A stretch of DNA of 64,000 nt from NCBI GenBank assembly GCA_900617105.1, contig UYFQ01000001.1, forward strand, positions 1,302,001 to 1,366,000, in the 5' to 3' direction. Below, piece after piece: positions 32,735 to 42,547 of this stretch. Within the stretch, counting starts at the first letter, position 1; each line of letters begins with the position of its first letter. Position numbers and translations under genes: made by a program. Source of the stretch: Hydrurus foetidus. Lineage: Eukaryota. The notes beneath the pieces were generated by a model. It did no database searches. It was not told where the DNA came from and saw nothing but the letters and a program-made list of their open reading frames with translations.

Positions 32735-33820
32735 CTAAAGCACCTCAACCCGCCTCATGTCAGGGTTTTTCACCCAAGCGGCAAACTCATCGGCGAGTTG
32801 CTGGGCTTGGCGAATTGCTGTTGTCCAGGCTTTCACGCGGCCCGCGAAATCGGTGCCGTAGTGGGTGAAGTCGGTACGGTCTGGCAATTTGGCGTTGGGC
32901 AGGGTTTTGACCCAATCGGGGTTGGGGGCCAGCACCAGGGCGTTATCGAGGAAGTGGGTAGATCCGTGCCGCCATTTCAGCCCTTTGTCCAGCCAGCCAG
33001 GGACGATACTTTTTTGAAAGTGGGGGTAGAGCACCAGACCATCCTCGCCACACAGCTTGCGGTAATCCAGGTGCAGGTGGTAATCGGTGATGCCGCCGTC
33101 CCAATAAGCACCACTGGGGGCACCAGGGATATGGCTGACCGAGCGCAGCACAAACGGTATCGAGCAACTGGCCTGCAAAGCGGGGCTGAAATTGGCCTCG
33201 CTCAAGTGGACTTGCCGGGTGCGGTAGTCAGCGGTGGCGAACGGTACATCGGCGTGTTGCGATGAAAATACCACCCGCTCCAGCCATGCGCCCATGGCTT
33301 TGCGGTGCAGGGTATTGGTCACAAAAGCGCCCAGGTAGCCCAGCGGCGTGCCAATGCGGTGCTCGCGCCGCAGCACATGTCGGCCACGCGCGGTGATGAT
33401 ATGCAGGCGGTAACGGGGGTGAGCCAAAATTTCCTCAACCCGTCCGCTGTAAAAGGCCTGCAAGTTGCGGCCAAAGACTTCACTTACTTGGTCTGCGGAG
33501 ACGCGCTTTTGCCCTGGCGGCACCACGTAATCCTGGTGGATGTAGTCGTGCTCTAACTTGTGCAAAGCGGTCGCGGGATCCGCCAAACAAGCCGTCGCCA
33601 TGCGCCACGCCCCGATAGACGCACCGACCAGATGCACAGGGTGCGTGCTTTGAGCGAGCCAGTCGCCAAACAGATAGCGGTCTAACGCCCCCAAAATCAA
33701 GCCTTTGGGGCCACCAGCAGCACCAGGGATGAGCTTGACGTGGTGGGGTTGCAGGCCATCACGGGCCAACAGGGCGCGGGCTTGGGGGCCAGCGTAAATA
33801 CGCAGCGCAGGAACGGTCAT
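32735..33820 (-). CDS. Patatin-like phospholipase family protein
   Basis: GAAGGPKG, GASIG nucleophile, DGG motif. Confidence 0.85.
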   Translation of the reverse strand: MTVPALRIYAGPQARALLARDGLQPHHVKLIPGAAGGPKGLILGALDRYLFGDWLAQSTHPVHLVGASIGAWRMATACLADPATALHKLEHDYIHQDYVVPPGQKRVSADQVSEVFGRNLQAFYSGRVEEILAHPRYRLHIITARGRHVLRREHRIGTPLGYLGAFVTNTLHRKAMGAWLERVVFSSQHADVPFATADYRTRQVHLSEANFSPALQASCSIPFVLRSVSHIPGAPSGAYWDGGITDYHLHLDYRKLCGEDGLVLYPHFQKSIVPGWLDKGLKWRHGSTHFLDNALVLAPNPDWVKTLPNAKLPDRTDFTHYGTDFAGRVKAWTTAIRQAQQLADEFAAWVKNPDMRRVEVL

Positions 33821-34620
33821 GAAGCTTCGAGCACGCCTTCAAAGTCGTCCATCAGCAAATCGGGGTCCAGTGTCAGCAGCTCACCCACTTCGTCGGGGTA
33901 GGTATGAATCAGGTCAACGCGACTTTGTTGGAGCTCCGCCGCTCTCGCCCGCCACGCGGCCATGTGGATCACGCCAGCCATCGGTTCGTACAGGTCGTTG
34001 TCAAACGGTGCCCGCTGATGCTCTATAGCGTTAATGATACTTTTGGGGAAATTCCAATCACGCGCCAACGCCGCCCCCACATCAGCATAGGTATAGCCAA
34101 ACATTTCAAATTCGGTTTGCGAGCGCTTGATGGCCAGCGGTGCTATGTTTTCGTCCAGCTTGAGCATGACTTCAGGCATACCCACATGCATCACAATTTC
34201 ACCGATCGAGTGAATCACGCCCACAGTGAAGGCGAGGTTCAAATCAATATCAATTTTGGAGGCCACATAGCGCGCCATGTTGGCGGTATTGAAGCTGTAA
34301 CGCCAAAACTGCTCCAACTTGACGCCTGGCACCACACTGAACGAGTTACCCATTACCGCGCCCAGCACCACAGCCCGCACGCGGGTGAAACCCAGCATGG
34401 CCATCGCATCTTGCGCAGTGGTGACGTTACGTGACAAGCCAAAGAATGCTGAATTTGCCTGCTTGAGCAGCTTGGCCAACAACACCGGATCGGTGGAAAT
34501 GTGGTGCGCAATTTCGCGCACATCCACGTCTTCTTTGTCAAAGGTTTCAATCAACATCAACGCCAACTCGGGCACGGTGGGCAGTGCGTTGGGTTGTTTG
34601 AGCAGTTGTTCCAACTTCAT
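33817..34620 (-). CDS. HDOD domain protein
   Basis: LPTVP, DPVLLAKLLKQANSAFFG, HSIG. Confidence 0.88.
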   Translation of the reverse strand: MKLEQLLKQPNALPTVPELALMLIETFDKEDVDVREIAHHISTDPVLLAKLLKQANSAFFGLSRNVTTAQDAMAMLGFTRVRAVVLGAVMGNSFSVVPGVKLEQFWRYSFNTANMARYVASKIDIDLNLAFTVGVIHSIGEIVMHVGMPEVMLKLDENIAPLAIKRSQTEFEMFGYTYADVGAALARDWNFPKSIINAIEHQRAPFDNDLYEPMAGVIHMAAWRARAAELQQSRVDLIHTYPDEVGELLTLDPDLLMDDFEGVLEAS

Positions 34621-34672
34621 GGGGAGCCTCGGCAAAGGGTTCTGTTTCGATTTTTGTCCTAGACGATTATGT

Positions 34673-37102
34673 CTATTTCTTCAATCCCTGCAACTTGGCA
34701 AAGGCTGATGCCATCGCATTACCTGCAGCGGGCTGCTGCCCGCCCGAATAGCTGCCTTGCTGACCCCGGCCTTGGCTTTGACCCCGCCCAGCGCCTTCAA
34801 AACGGTTGTCACGCGGGCCGTCTTTGCGAGCGGGGGCCGCGTCGAGTTTCATGGACAAACCGATGCGTTTGCGCGCCACGTCCACCTCCATCACCTTGAC
34901 TTTCACCACATCGCCAGTTTTGACAATTTCGCGGGCATCGCTGATGAACTTGTGGCTCATTTGACTGACATGCACCAAGCCGTCTTGGTGAACACCCAAG
35001 TCAATGAATGCGCCGAACGCGGCTACGTTGCTCACGGTGCCCTCCAGCACCATGCCCTCTTTCAGGTCTTTGATGTCTTCCACGCCTTCGCTGAAGCGGG
35101 CTACTTTGAAGTCGGGGCGCGGGTCACGGCCTGGTTTTTCCAGCTCGCTCAAAATGTCTTTGACGGTGATGATGCCGAATTTCTCATTCGCGAACAGCTC
35201 AGGCCGCAGCGTTTTGAGCATCTCAGCGCGGCCCATCAACTCGGTGATGGGTTTGGCGGTTTGGGCGATGATTTTTTCCACCACGGCGTAGGTTTCGGGG
35301 TGAACGCTGGTCATGTCCAGGGGGTTTTCACCGCCGCGAATGCGCAAAAAGCCCGCGCTTTGCTCGAAGGTTTTGGCCCCGAGACCCGACACGTCCATCA
35401 GTTGCTTGCGGTTTTTGAACGCGCCATTGGCTTCGCGCCAGCGCACCAAGGCTTTGGCAACGCTGCCCGAGAGGCCCGACACCCGGCTCAGCAGTGGCAC
35501 ACTGGCCGTGTTCAAGTCCACGCCCACCGCATTCACACAGTCTTCCACCACGGTTTCCAGCGTGCGGGCCAGCTCGCTTTGGTTCACGTCATGCTGGTAC
35601 TGGCCAACACCGATGGATTTGGGGTCAATCTTCACCAACTCGGCCAACGGATCTTGCAGACGGCGGGCAATGCTGGCAGCACCGCGCAGGCTCACGTCCA
35701 CATCGGGCATCTCTTGGCTTGCGAATTCACTCGCGCTGTAGACCGAGGCACCCGCTTCGCTGACGACGACTTTTTGCATCGTTGGGCCTGCTGTCGAACC
35801 TGTAGCGCTGGTGTCATGCAAGGCTTCCAGGCGCTTCATCAAATCCCCTGCCAATTTGTCCGTCTCTCGGCTGGCCGTGCCGTTGCCAATGGCAATCAAA
35901 TTCACGCCGTGTTTTCGCGACAGCAGCGCCAAGGTGTGCAGCGAGCCTTCCCAATCGCGGCGTGGCTCATGCGGGTAGATGGTTGAGGTTTCCAGCAACT
36001 TGCCCGTGCTGTCTACCACCGCCACCTTCACACCGGTGCGGATGCCAGGGTCTAAACCCATCACCACACGCGGCCCCGCAGGTGCTGCCAGCAGCAGGTC
36101 ACGCAAGTTGTCGGCGAAGACCTTGATGGCGACTTTTTCTGCATCTTCGCGCAGCCGGGCGAACAAATCGCGCTCGGTGGACATGCTGAGCTTGACGCGC
36201 CATGTCCAGGCCACGCATTTGCGGATCACGTCATCGGAAGCTCGCTTTTGGTGGCTCCAGCCCAGGTGCAAGGCGATGCGGCCTTCCGCAAGACTGACCA
36301 CCACGGCACGCGGTGATTTAACCTCCGTTGGGGATGATGCGCTTATATCATCGGCTTCAGGCGCTATCAATTTTGCATCCAAAATCTCTAACGTGCGCCC
36401 TCGGAACACCGCCAGTGCGCGGTGCGACGGCACGCGGTTCATCGGTTCGTCGTAGTCAAAATAATCGCGAAACTTGGCCACATCCGGGTTGTTCTCGTCT
36501 TTGCCGTCAGCGAGTTTGGAGCGCAGCAAGCCCTCGTTCCACAGCCACTCGCGCAAGCCTTGCACCAAAGAAGCGTCCTCGGCCCAACGCTCAGACAGCA
36601 GGTCACGCACGCCGTCCAGCACGGCTTGTGGCGTTGAAAAATCGGTGCCTTCGGGTGTGCCCGCAGGCTTCACGAAGGCAGTGGCCTCCAGAACAGGGTC
36701 AAGCGACGGGTCGGCAAACAGCTTGTTCGCCAGCGGCTCAATGCCAGCTTCGCGGGCCATCATGCCCTTGGTGCGGCGCTTGGGTTTGAAGGGCAGGTAG
36801 AGGTCTTCCAGCTCTTGTTTGGTCGGTGCGAACTCGATGGCGGCACGCAATTCGGGGGTTAACTTGCCTTGCTCGTCAATGCTTTTGAGCACAGCTTCGC
36901 GCCGGTCTTCGAGTTCACGCAAGTACGAGAGACGTGAATCGAGCTCGCGCAACTGGATATCGTCCAGCCCATTGGTCACTTCTTTGCGGTAGCGGGCGAT
37001 GAACGGCACCGTAGCCCCGCCGTCGAGCAAGTCCACCGCAGCCCTCACCTGTTGTTCGGTTACTTTGATTTCTGAGGCAATTTGGCGGATGATTTTTTGC
37101 AT
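34673..37102 (-). CDS. tex: Tex-family RNA-binding transcription accessory protein
   Basis: ATVPFIARYRKE, GLDPGIRTG, IGVGQYQHDV, C-terminal S1 domain. Confidence 0.95.
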   Translation of the reverse strand: MQKIIRQIASEIKVTEQQVRAAVDLLDGGATVPFIARYRKEVTNGLDDIQLRELDSRLSYLRELEDRREAVLKSIDEQGKLTPELRAAIEFAPTKQELEDLYLPFKPKRRTKGMMAREAGIEPLANKLFADPSLDPVLEATAFVKPAGTPEGTDFSTPQAVLDGVRDLLSERWAEDASLVQGLREWLWNEGLLRSKLADGKDENNPDVAKFRDYFDYDEPMNRVPSHRALAVFRGRTLEILDAKLIAPEADDISASSPTEVKSPRAVVVSLAEGRIALHLGWSHQKRASDDVIRKCVAWTWRVKLSMSTERDLFARLREDAEKVAIKVFADNLRDLLLAAPAGPRVVMGLDPGIRTGVKVAVVDSTGKLLETSTIYPHEPRRDWEGSLHTLALLSRKHGVNLIAIGNGTASRETDKLAGDLMKRLEALHDTSATGSTAGPTMQKVVVSEAGASVYSASEFASQEMPDVDVSLRGAASIARRLQDPLAELVKIDPKSIGVGQYQHDVNQSELARTLETVVEDCVNAVGVDLNTASVPLLSRVSGLSGSVAKALVRWREANGAFKNRKQLMDVSGLGAKTFEQSAGFLRIRGGENPLDMTSVHPETYAVVEKIIAQTAKPITELMGRAEMLKTLRPELFANEKFGIITVKDILSELEKPGRDPRPDFKVARFSEGVEDIKDLKEGMVLEGTVSNVAAFGAFIDLGVHQDGLVHVSQMSHKFISDAREIVKTGDVVKVKVMEVDVARKRIGLSMKLDAAPARKDGPRDNRFEGAGRGQSQGRGQQGSYSGGQQPAAGNAMASAFAKLQGLKK

Positions 37103-37320
37103 GGAAAAAAGAAAGGGGGTCAACAACGAGGTCGTGAAGCTTTACGAAGCGGCGAAGTTTGCCACAGGCGCTAACGCGCAAAGGAGGAAAAGGCCACAGT
37201 TTTGGTGGCCTTAAAAAATAGCTTAAGACATACCGGCAAAAGTACGGTTCTACCGGTTTTGACATGCGTCCCGGCCAACGCTCAAATTGCGCAGTACTGA
37301 GCGGCTAATCCCCCAGTAAC

Positions 37321-37815
37321 TCACTGCACAAATGTCGTGTCACCACTCACCTGAGGTGGAATCTTGATCGCAATGGCCTTGAACCGGCCCGCAGTCTCTA
37401 CCGTTCCCGCGTGCGCAGTGCCCTTGGGAATCACGATCAGCATGCCGGGCTTCAAGTCAATCTTTTTGTCACCCAACCACGCCGTGCCCGTACCTTCAAC
37501 GATGTACTGGATTTCATCAGACTTGCTGTGAATGTGCTTGCCAACATTGCCCATTTGCACGCCAAGGGTGGCGTTGTCCGTCACCACCAACGTTTTGGCC
37601 CGCAAATCTGGGTTCGGTGTGGTGGGCAGATCGGCTTCTTTGAGGCTTCCAATGTCAATGACAGCCGCAACCAAGGGCACCGCCTGGGCATGGGCCAGAC
37701 TCAGCACATGTTCGGTCGCCGGGGATACTACCAAGCCCGCACAAAAGGCGGCACCTATGGCCAGCGTGGCGCTTGTGACTTTGGATTTAACGAGCGTCGT
37801 GGCAGCGAATAGCAT
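37321..37815 (-). CDS. Exported cupin-domain protein
   Basis: Signal-like N-terminus; HIHSKSDEIQYIVEG...IPKGTAH. Confidence 0.8.
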   Translation of the reverse strand: MLFAATTLVKSKVTSATLAIGAAFCAGLVVSPATEHVLSLAHAQAVPLVAAVIDIGSLKEADLPTTPNPDLRAKTLVVTDNATLGVQMGNVGKHIHSKSDEIQYIVEGTGTAWLGDKKIDLKPGMLIVIPKGTAHAGTVETAGRFKAIAIKIPPQVSGDTTFVQ

Positions 37816-37847
37816 GGTGATTTCCTTGAAGATGCAGTAACAACGAA

Positions 37848-38075
37848 TCAGGGTGCGCGGTGCAACCTGGGGGCAGAAAGCGCGGCGATTTGGTCTGACG
37901 TCGCCTCGTCAATGTTGCGGTTTTTGGCCAGCAGATTGTCTGTCGCCAACAAAACGCGGAGCTGCTGCAGGTCTTTGACGGTCGGTGCAGCCTTGATTTG
38001 CAGCAACGCCCCGCTGCTGTTACCGCTTTTTATCAGCGCAGCGACTTTGGGTGCCCAAGCAGTGGGACGGGCCAT
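37848..38075 (-). CDS. Small hypothetical protein
   Basis: 75-aa ORF with GGAG RBS, same strand as the neighbouring cupin gene. Confidence 0.55.
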   Translation of the reverse strand: MARPTAWAPKVAALIKSGNSSGALLQIKAAPTVKDLQQLRVLLATDNLLAKNRNIDEATSDQIAALSAPRLHRAP

Positions 38076-38287
38076 GTGGGAACTCCTGAAAACGATGGAC
38101 GGCAGAGTGTGGCACAAAGCGCCATGAGATTCACCAGCGCGAGCAGCCCCCAGCCTGTTTCAGGGCTGTTATGGGTGTATAAACCAATCCCCTTTGAGCC
38201 TTCTGCCCTATTTTGAATAAGCGCACTCGGCTCAAACCCCACAAAAAACCAGCGCATCAACGCGCTGTAACACAAGGAATCTCGACC

Positions 38288-39001
38288 ATGGGCGCGCAAT
38301 GGAAAGCAAAAGGCAAGGAACTCGCGGCGAATGCCAGGGGCCGTCTGTTTGGCCGTTTAGCCAAGGACATCATGATCGCGGCCCGCAACGGGGCTGACCC
38401 CGCTACCAACGCGCGTTTGCGGCTGGTCGCCGAGCAGGCCCGCAAAGTCTCGATGCCCAAGGAAACGCTAGACCGTGCTATCAAAAAAGGTGCAGGCCTG
38501 ACGGGTGAAGCCGTTAATTTTGAGCATGTCATTTACGAAGGTTTTGGGCCGCACCGCGTGGCCGTGATGATCGAATGCCTGACGGACAACGTGAACCGCA
38601 CCGCCTCGGACATGCGCGTACTGTTCCGCAAAGGGCAACAGGGCACTTCCGGCTCGGTGTCTTGGGATTTTGACCATGTGGGCATGATCGAAGCTGAGCC
38701 CGCTACCAAAGACGCGGATGCAGAGCTGGCGGCCATCGAAGCGGGTGCACAAGATTTCGAACCCGGCGAAGAAGCCGGCGGTACGCTCTTCCTCACCGAC
38801 CCCACCGATCTCGATCTGGTGAGCCGCGCCTTGCCAGCCCACGGCTTCAAAGTTTTGTCCGTCAAACTGGGCTACAAAGCCAAGAACCCGATTGACCCCG
38901 CCACCCTGAGCGCCGAGCACCTGGAAGAAGTGGAAGCTTTCCTCTCAGCGGTGGATGACAACGACGACGTGCAAAACGTGTTCGTAGGCTTGGCGGGTTA
39001 A
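38288..39001 (+). CDS. yebC: YebC/PmpR family DNA-binding regulator
   Basis: [36 protein letters not shown]. Confidence 0.9.
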   Translation: MGAQWKAKGKELAANARGRLFGRLAKDIMIAARNGADPATNARLRLVAEQARKVSMPKETLDRAIKKGAGLTGEAVNFEHVIYEGFGPHRVAVMIECLTDNVNRTASDMRVLFRKGQQGTSGSVSWDFDHVGMIEAEPATKDADAELAAIEAGAQDFEPGEEAGGTLFLTDPTDLDLVSRALPAHGFKVLSVKLGYKAKNPIDPATLSAEHLEEVEAFLSAVDDNDDVQNVFVGLAG

Positions 39002-39037
39002 GCGCAATGGGCTGCTGTGCAGCACCCTGTGATGGTT

Positions 39038-39082
39038 TAAGAGAGTGTTTACGAGCCCTGAAGAAGCAACGCAAGGAATGTT
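39038..39082. repeat. 45-bp repeat, copy 1 (copy 2 at 50755-50799)
   Basis: TAAGAGAGTGTTTACGAgCCcTGAAGAAGCAAcGCAAGGAATGTT; 3 mismatches to copy 2. Confidence 0.85.
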
Positions 39083-39148
39083 CAGTGTGTATCACGTTAT
39101 ATGGCACTAGCATCTAATGCGCGCCCCGTTCCACTGTAGGTGCCGTCA

Positions 39149-39928
39149 ATGATGCATATCCCTCGATTCAATACACCCGGCCAATACCACGATGCGTGGG
39201 CGGAGATCCTGCTTTTCGCGCCAGACCAGTTCACGTCGTTTGACGATCGACCCGTCGATCAACGAGCTGAACTTGAGCGTGCGTTCAAAGACCTACGCGA
39301 AGGATTTCACTACGCGGAGAAGCGCGTAAAGGAAGTAAGGCTACGCCGCATCTGTCGAGAAATGATCGAAATGTCTTACGAAGCGTATGTTGCGGGCGAC
39401 CCAAAGCTAGGAACTCACACGTTGCAAGAATGCGAGGGTCTCATTTGGCCGAGTCGGCAGCTGCGCATCAAGCACGCTGTGGAGGCCGAACGACGAGCTT
39501 TCGGTGCTGTGGAGCATTTTGCAAATGTGGAGATTTCACCCTATCCCTACGAAGGCTCCCGCAGCGACTTGGGGCTGGTTCAGGAAAAGTTGCTGGAGCA
39601 CGTTCAGCGAGCTTGCGAACCCAAGCTGTCTCAGACAGAAGGGTTTATGTTGGTCTGGGTAGTGAACGAAGACGGGTCAGTCGCCGACGTTAAGTTGCCT
39701 TCGCAGAAGAAGACGCGCGAGTTCATTCGGGAAGGCGCGCGAGTTGGGCGGTTTATCGGTACTGCGTCGGCGCAACTACTGCCGGGGGGTGGTTTGCTCG
39801 TTTACCACCTTGAGGAGCCTGGCAAGCCGTTCGTGTCTGTGATGAACCTGCGGAGAGAAGGTGTGTTTGAGTCGCCCAGATTCCACCTAAATGAGCCGGT
39901 TACGTTTGCGGCTGCGGCCGCTGTTTAG
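39149..39928 (+). CDS. Hypothetical protein (cassette A)
   Basis: About 259-aa ORF filling the cassette; codon usage differs from the backbone. Confidence 0.8.
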   Translation: MMHIPRFNTPGQYHDAWAEILLFAPDQFTSFDDRPVDQRAELERAFKDLREGFHYAEKRVKEVRLRRICREMIEMSYEAYVAGDPKLGTHTLQECEGLIWPSRQLRIKHAVEAERRAFGAVEHFANVEISPYPYEGSRSDLGLVQEKLLEHVQRACEPKLSQTEGFMLVWVVNEDGSVADVKLPSQKKTREFIREGARVGRFIGTASAQLLPGGGLLVYHLEEPGKPFVSVMNLRREGVFESPRFHLNEPVTFAAAAAV

Positions 39929-39963
39929 GTTGGCTGGCGTACTTTCATGAATCGAGAACAGCC

Positions 39964-40017
39964 ATATAACGAGTAAGGTTAGATCGCGCTTGCCGCGATC
40001 TGAACCGTTTGTTGGAC
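39964..40017 (-). other. attC-like site belonging to element 1 (read on the minus strand)
   Basis: GTCCAAC AAACG GTTCAGAT CGCG-GCAAG-CGCG ATCTAAC CTTACTC GTTATAT: R'', 5-nt spacer, L'' with an extra C, L', R'. Confidence 0.8.
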
Positions 40018-40253
40018 GAGCCCGGTTTGAGGCGACACGGGCTGCCCCTGCAAATATCTTCTGGATGTCTTTATCTGAGCCGCGTGTCGACGCACACGCG
40101 GTCTATGTTTCAGGCACTCAAGTCAAGTGCAGTGTGCCGTTGCAGCACACTTTTTCGTCGGGTATCGCGCTTCTCAGGCATTTTTGACCGAACGGCTTCA
40201 CGCCCGCAGTCTCTGGTTCTGCGATGCTGATACTGCTGTGTGGATGCTGTGCC

Positions 40254-41414
40254 TTACTGGTTCTGGGTGACCTCAGCTTGCACCACAGGCGGCTCGTCGA
40301 TGGGCGGCAGAATGCGCCGCCGCACCACCACCATGGCCGCACCACAGCAAGAACACAACCACGGCGCTCGCACTTTGGCATCCTTCTGCGTCAGGTCTGC
40401 TTGACTGTCATGGGGCCGCTTGAACACCAGCAACTGAAGCAGCGCCCTTAACCGCCGACTGTTGGAGTGCAGAAAGCCAAAGTTGCGTGCCCTGCGAAAC
40501 CCTCTGGGCAGCACATGCTGCAACACCCGTTGCAAGAACTGCGCACCGCTTACCGTGGTGGTGTTCATCTTCTGGGTCTTGCTATCGCGCCATTGGTAAG
40601 TGACTTGGCCGTTCTCGCAACGCAAGATATCCTTCTCCTGAATCACGCCACGGTACAGATAGCGACCCAGGTAAACCAGCGCCTTCTCCCCATTGCCAAC
40701 ACCCTTGCAATCGACCACCCACTCATCGGGCAGTGTTGTGGGCAGCGTCAAGCCCGCTTGCACCAAGGCCGCCAGGAACTTGCCTCGAAACACTGTGGCC
40801 ATGGCTTTGTGGTTGAACAGATAGCCGCCAGCTTTGCTTTTGCTTTTGCCTTTGCTTTTGTGCCCGCCGTTGCTCTTGCCGCGCAAACTGCGCCACAAAC
40901 CTTCTTTACTGTCCAGTGCCGCAGCGGGCATGACCATGTGCACGTGGGGATGAAACGCCAGTTGGCGCGAATGCGTGTGCAGCACAGCCACTGCGCCGGG
41001 GGTTCCCCGCAGCTGTTTGTGGTTCTGGCTGAACGTGCGCAGCGTCTGCCAGGCACAGTCCACCAAGGCGCTGTAGACAAGACGCTGGTGCTGCCAGGCC
41101 AGCGCTCTGAGTTCAGCAGGCAGGGTAAACGTGACAAGGAAGTAATTGCCAGGCACCAGCCTGTGGGTTTGGCGTTCTGTCCAGGCTTGGCTCTCATGAT
41201 GTTGGCAGTGTGGGCACAAGCGGTGTCCGCAAGAATGGGGCACCAAGCGCTGCGCACCGCAGTCGCCACACTGGGCAAGCATCTGAGCTGCCAAGTGGGT
41301 GCGGCAACGCTTCATGGCGTTCAGAGCTTGGCGCTGGGCTTGCCGTGCACACAGCGGATACTGCGCCAAGTAGTCCGCTTCAAAGCGCTGGATGATGGCG
41401 CCGAGCGTGATCAT
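40254..41414 (-). CDS. IS91-family HUH (Y2) transposase/replication initiator
   Basis: Zn-binding CGDC...[26 protein letters not shown] (YxxxY), C-terminal CSCC. Confidence 0.92.
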   Translation of the reverse strand: MITLGAIIQRFEADYLAQYPLCARQAQRQALNAMKRCRTHLAAQMLAQCGDCGAQRLVPHSCGHRLCPHCQHHESQAWTERQTHRLVPGNYFLVTFTLPAELRALAWQHQRLVYSALVDCAWQTLRTFSQNHKQLRGTPGAVAVLHTHSRQLAFHPHVHMVMPAAALDSKEGLWRSLRGKSNGGHKSKGKSKSKAGGYLFNHKAMATVFRGKFLAALVQAGLTLPTTLPDEWVVDCKGVGNGEKALVYLGRYLYRGVIQEKDILRCENGQVTYQWRDSKTQKMNTTTVSGAQFLQRVLQHVLPRGFRRARNFGFLHSNSRRLRALLQLLVFKRPHDSQADLTQKDAKVRAPWLCSCCGAAMVVVRRRILPPIDEPPVVQAEVTQNQ

Positions 41415-42342
41415 GTGACACCGCCCCAGCTCACGCTAAAGCGCATCATCAAGGTTTCTATCTTCGCGCTGGCTTGGGTGTGGGTGCCGTGCGTGAGGTG
41501 GGTGTAACGGGTGGTGGTGAGGATGCTGTGGTGGCCCAGAATCTTTTGTACCTCCAGCAAATCGACCCCGGCTTCGATCAGGTGCGTGGCATAGCTGTGG
41601 CGCAGGCTGTGCGGGGTGATCTTTTTTTTAGGCCGCAGGCGACACAGACGTGATGCAAAGTCTTTTGCACGCCACCCCTGTCCAGCGGTGTGCGTGCTTG
41701 GCAGGCCCCGGCCAAGCCGCCCAGGCGGTTGGGGAAGAGGAGTTCGGGGTTGCGGTGGGTTTGCCAGAACCTGCGCAAGACTTCCAGCGTAGTCTGTGGC
41801 AAGGGCACGAATCGGTCGCGATTGCCTTTGGAGTCGCGAATAAGCACACGGTGGCGCACAGCGTCAATATCCCCGACTCTCAGCGCCAAACCTTCGCTCA
41901 GGCGCAAGCCCATGCTGTAAAGCGTGAAGTAGAACACCTTGTAGCTCAAGCACCGGGTGGCAGCAAACAAAGCTTGTGCTTCTTCGACGGTGACGATATC
42001 GGGCAGGCGTGAGACTTTGGGGGGCTTGATGAACTGGGGCATAGCCCAGGGCTTGCCCAGCACATGCAGGGTATAGAACTTGAAGCCGTACAGGTCGAGT
42101 TTGACGGCACTCCAGGAGTGGGAGGTGACGCGCTGGTGGAAGTAGTCGGTGAGCTGGTCTGGCGTCAAGTTGTCGATTTGCCAATCAAAGTGCTCACCCA
42201 TCGTACGAATGGCTCTGGCGTAGGCGTCAATGGTTTTGGGTTGTAGGCCTTTGAGCTTGAGGTGCTTGCACAGGGCGCGGTACTTGCTGGAAAAGGGCTC
42301 AGGAAAGGCAGCAGGGTCAAAGCCGCCGGGGTGGGTGGACAT
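41411..42342 (-). CDS. Tyrosine recombinase split by a -1 frameshift at A8G (41622-41629)
   Basis: YSMGLRLSE and KGNRDR in frame 0; [14 protein letters not shown]...[15 protein letters not shown] in the -1 frame; stop overlaps the transposase ATG (ATGA). Confidence 0.9.
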
Positions 42343-42452
42343 GGGCAATCTCCGGTTCAGTTGCGGTCAGCATGCTGCACAATTGCCGCATGTGCCTACA
42401 GCTTACGAATTCCCGGTCTGCGCACCCCCTCCGCGTAGCGGCTTCGTCCAAC

Positions 42453-42544
42453 ATGTCAGTCAACACGGACGCCTTGCGGCCTTTGGCGGCTTTGCCGCCT
42501 TTGCCGCCTTCGTTCGCAAGTCGCCGGTTACCTTCACGTTAAAT
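42453..42544 (+). other. Right part of the cassette A attC
   Basis: ATGTC AGTCAACA CGGAC...CTTGCG...CGCAAG...CCG GTTACC TTCAC GTTAAAT, imperfect palindrome. Confidence 0.8.
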
Positions 42545-42547
42545 GAC

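Larger units (their letters stand above)
39971..42452 (-). mobile_element. YR + IS91-type Y2 transposase element, copy 1, inserted at the attC R'' box
   Basis: Ends defined by homology with copy 2: starts GAGTAAGGTTAGATCG just after AAC and finishes CCGCGTAGCGGCTTCGTCCAAC. Confidence 0.9.
39097..42538 (+). mobile_element. Integron gene cassette A; its attC is interrupted by YR-HUH element 1
   Basis: Starts at core G|TTATATGGC (39096) and the ORF is followed by the complementary inverse core GCCATATAAC (39961-39970); the rest of the attC resumes at 42453 and ends at G|TTAAAT (42538). Confidence 0.85.

Noticed and set aside
40830..40880. KSKGKSKSK low-complexity repeat in transposase copy 1
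   Set aside because: In-frame slippage expansion in a loop, absent from copy 2; no sign of function.
41411..42342. Element recombinases as the integron integrase of these arrays
   Set aside because: They lack the IntI-specific insertion and lie inside attC sites; a separate intI remnant is at 50904-51021.
42478..42510. Three tandem 9-mers (CTTTGxCGx) as a CRISPR or regulatory repeat
   Set aside because: No spacers; it is only the variable terminal part of the attC.
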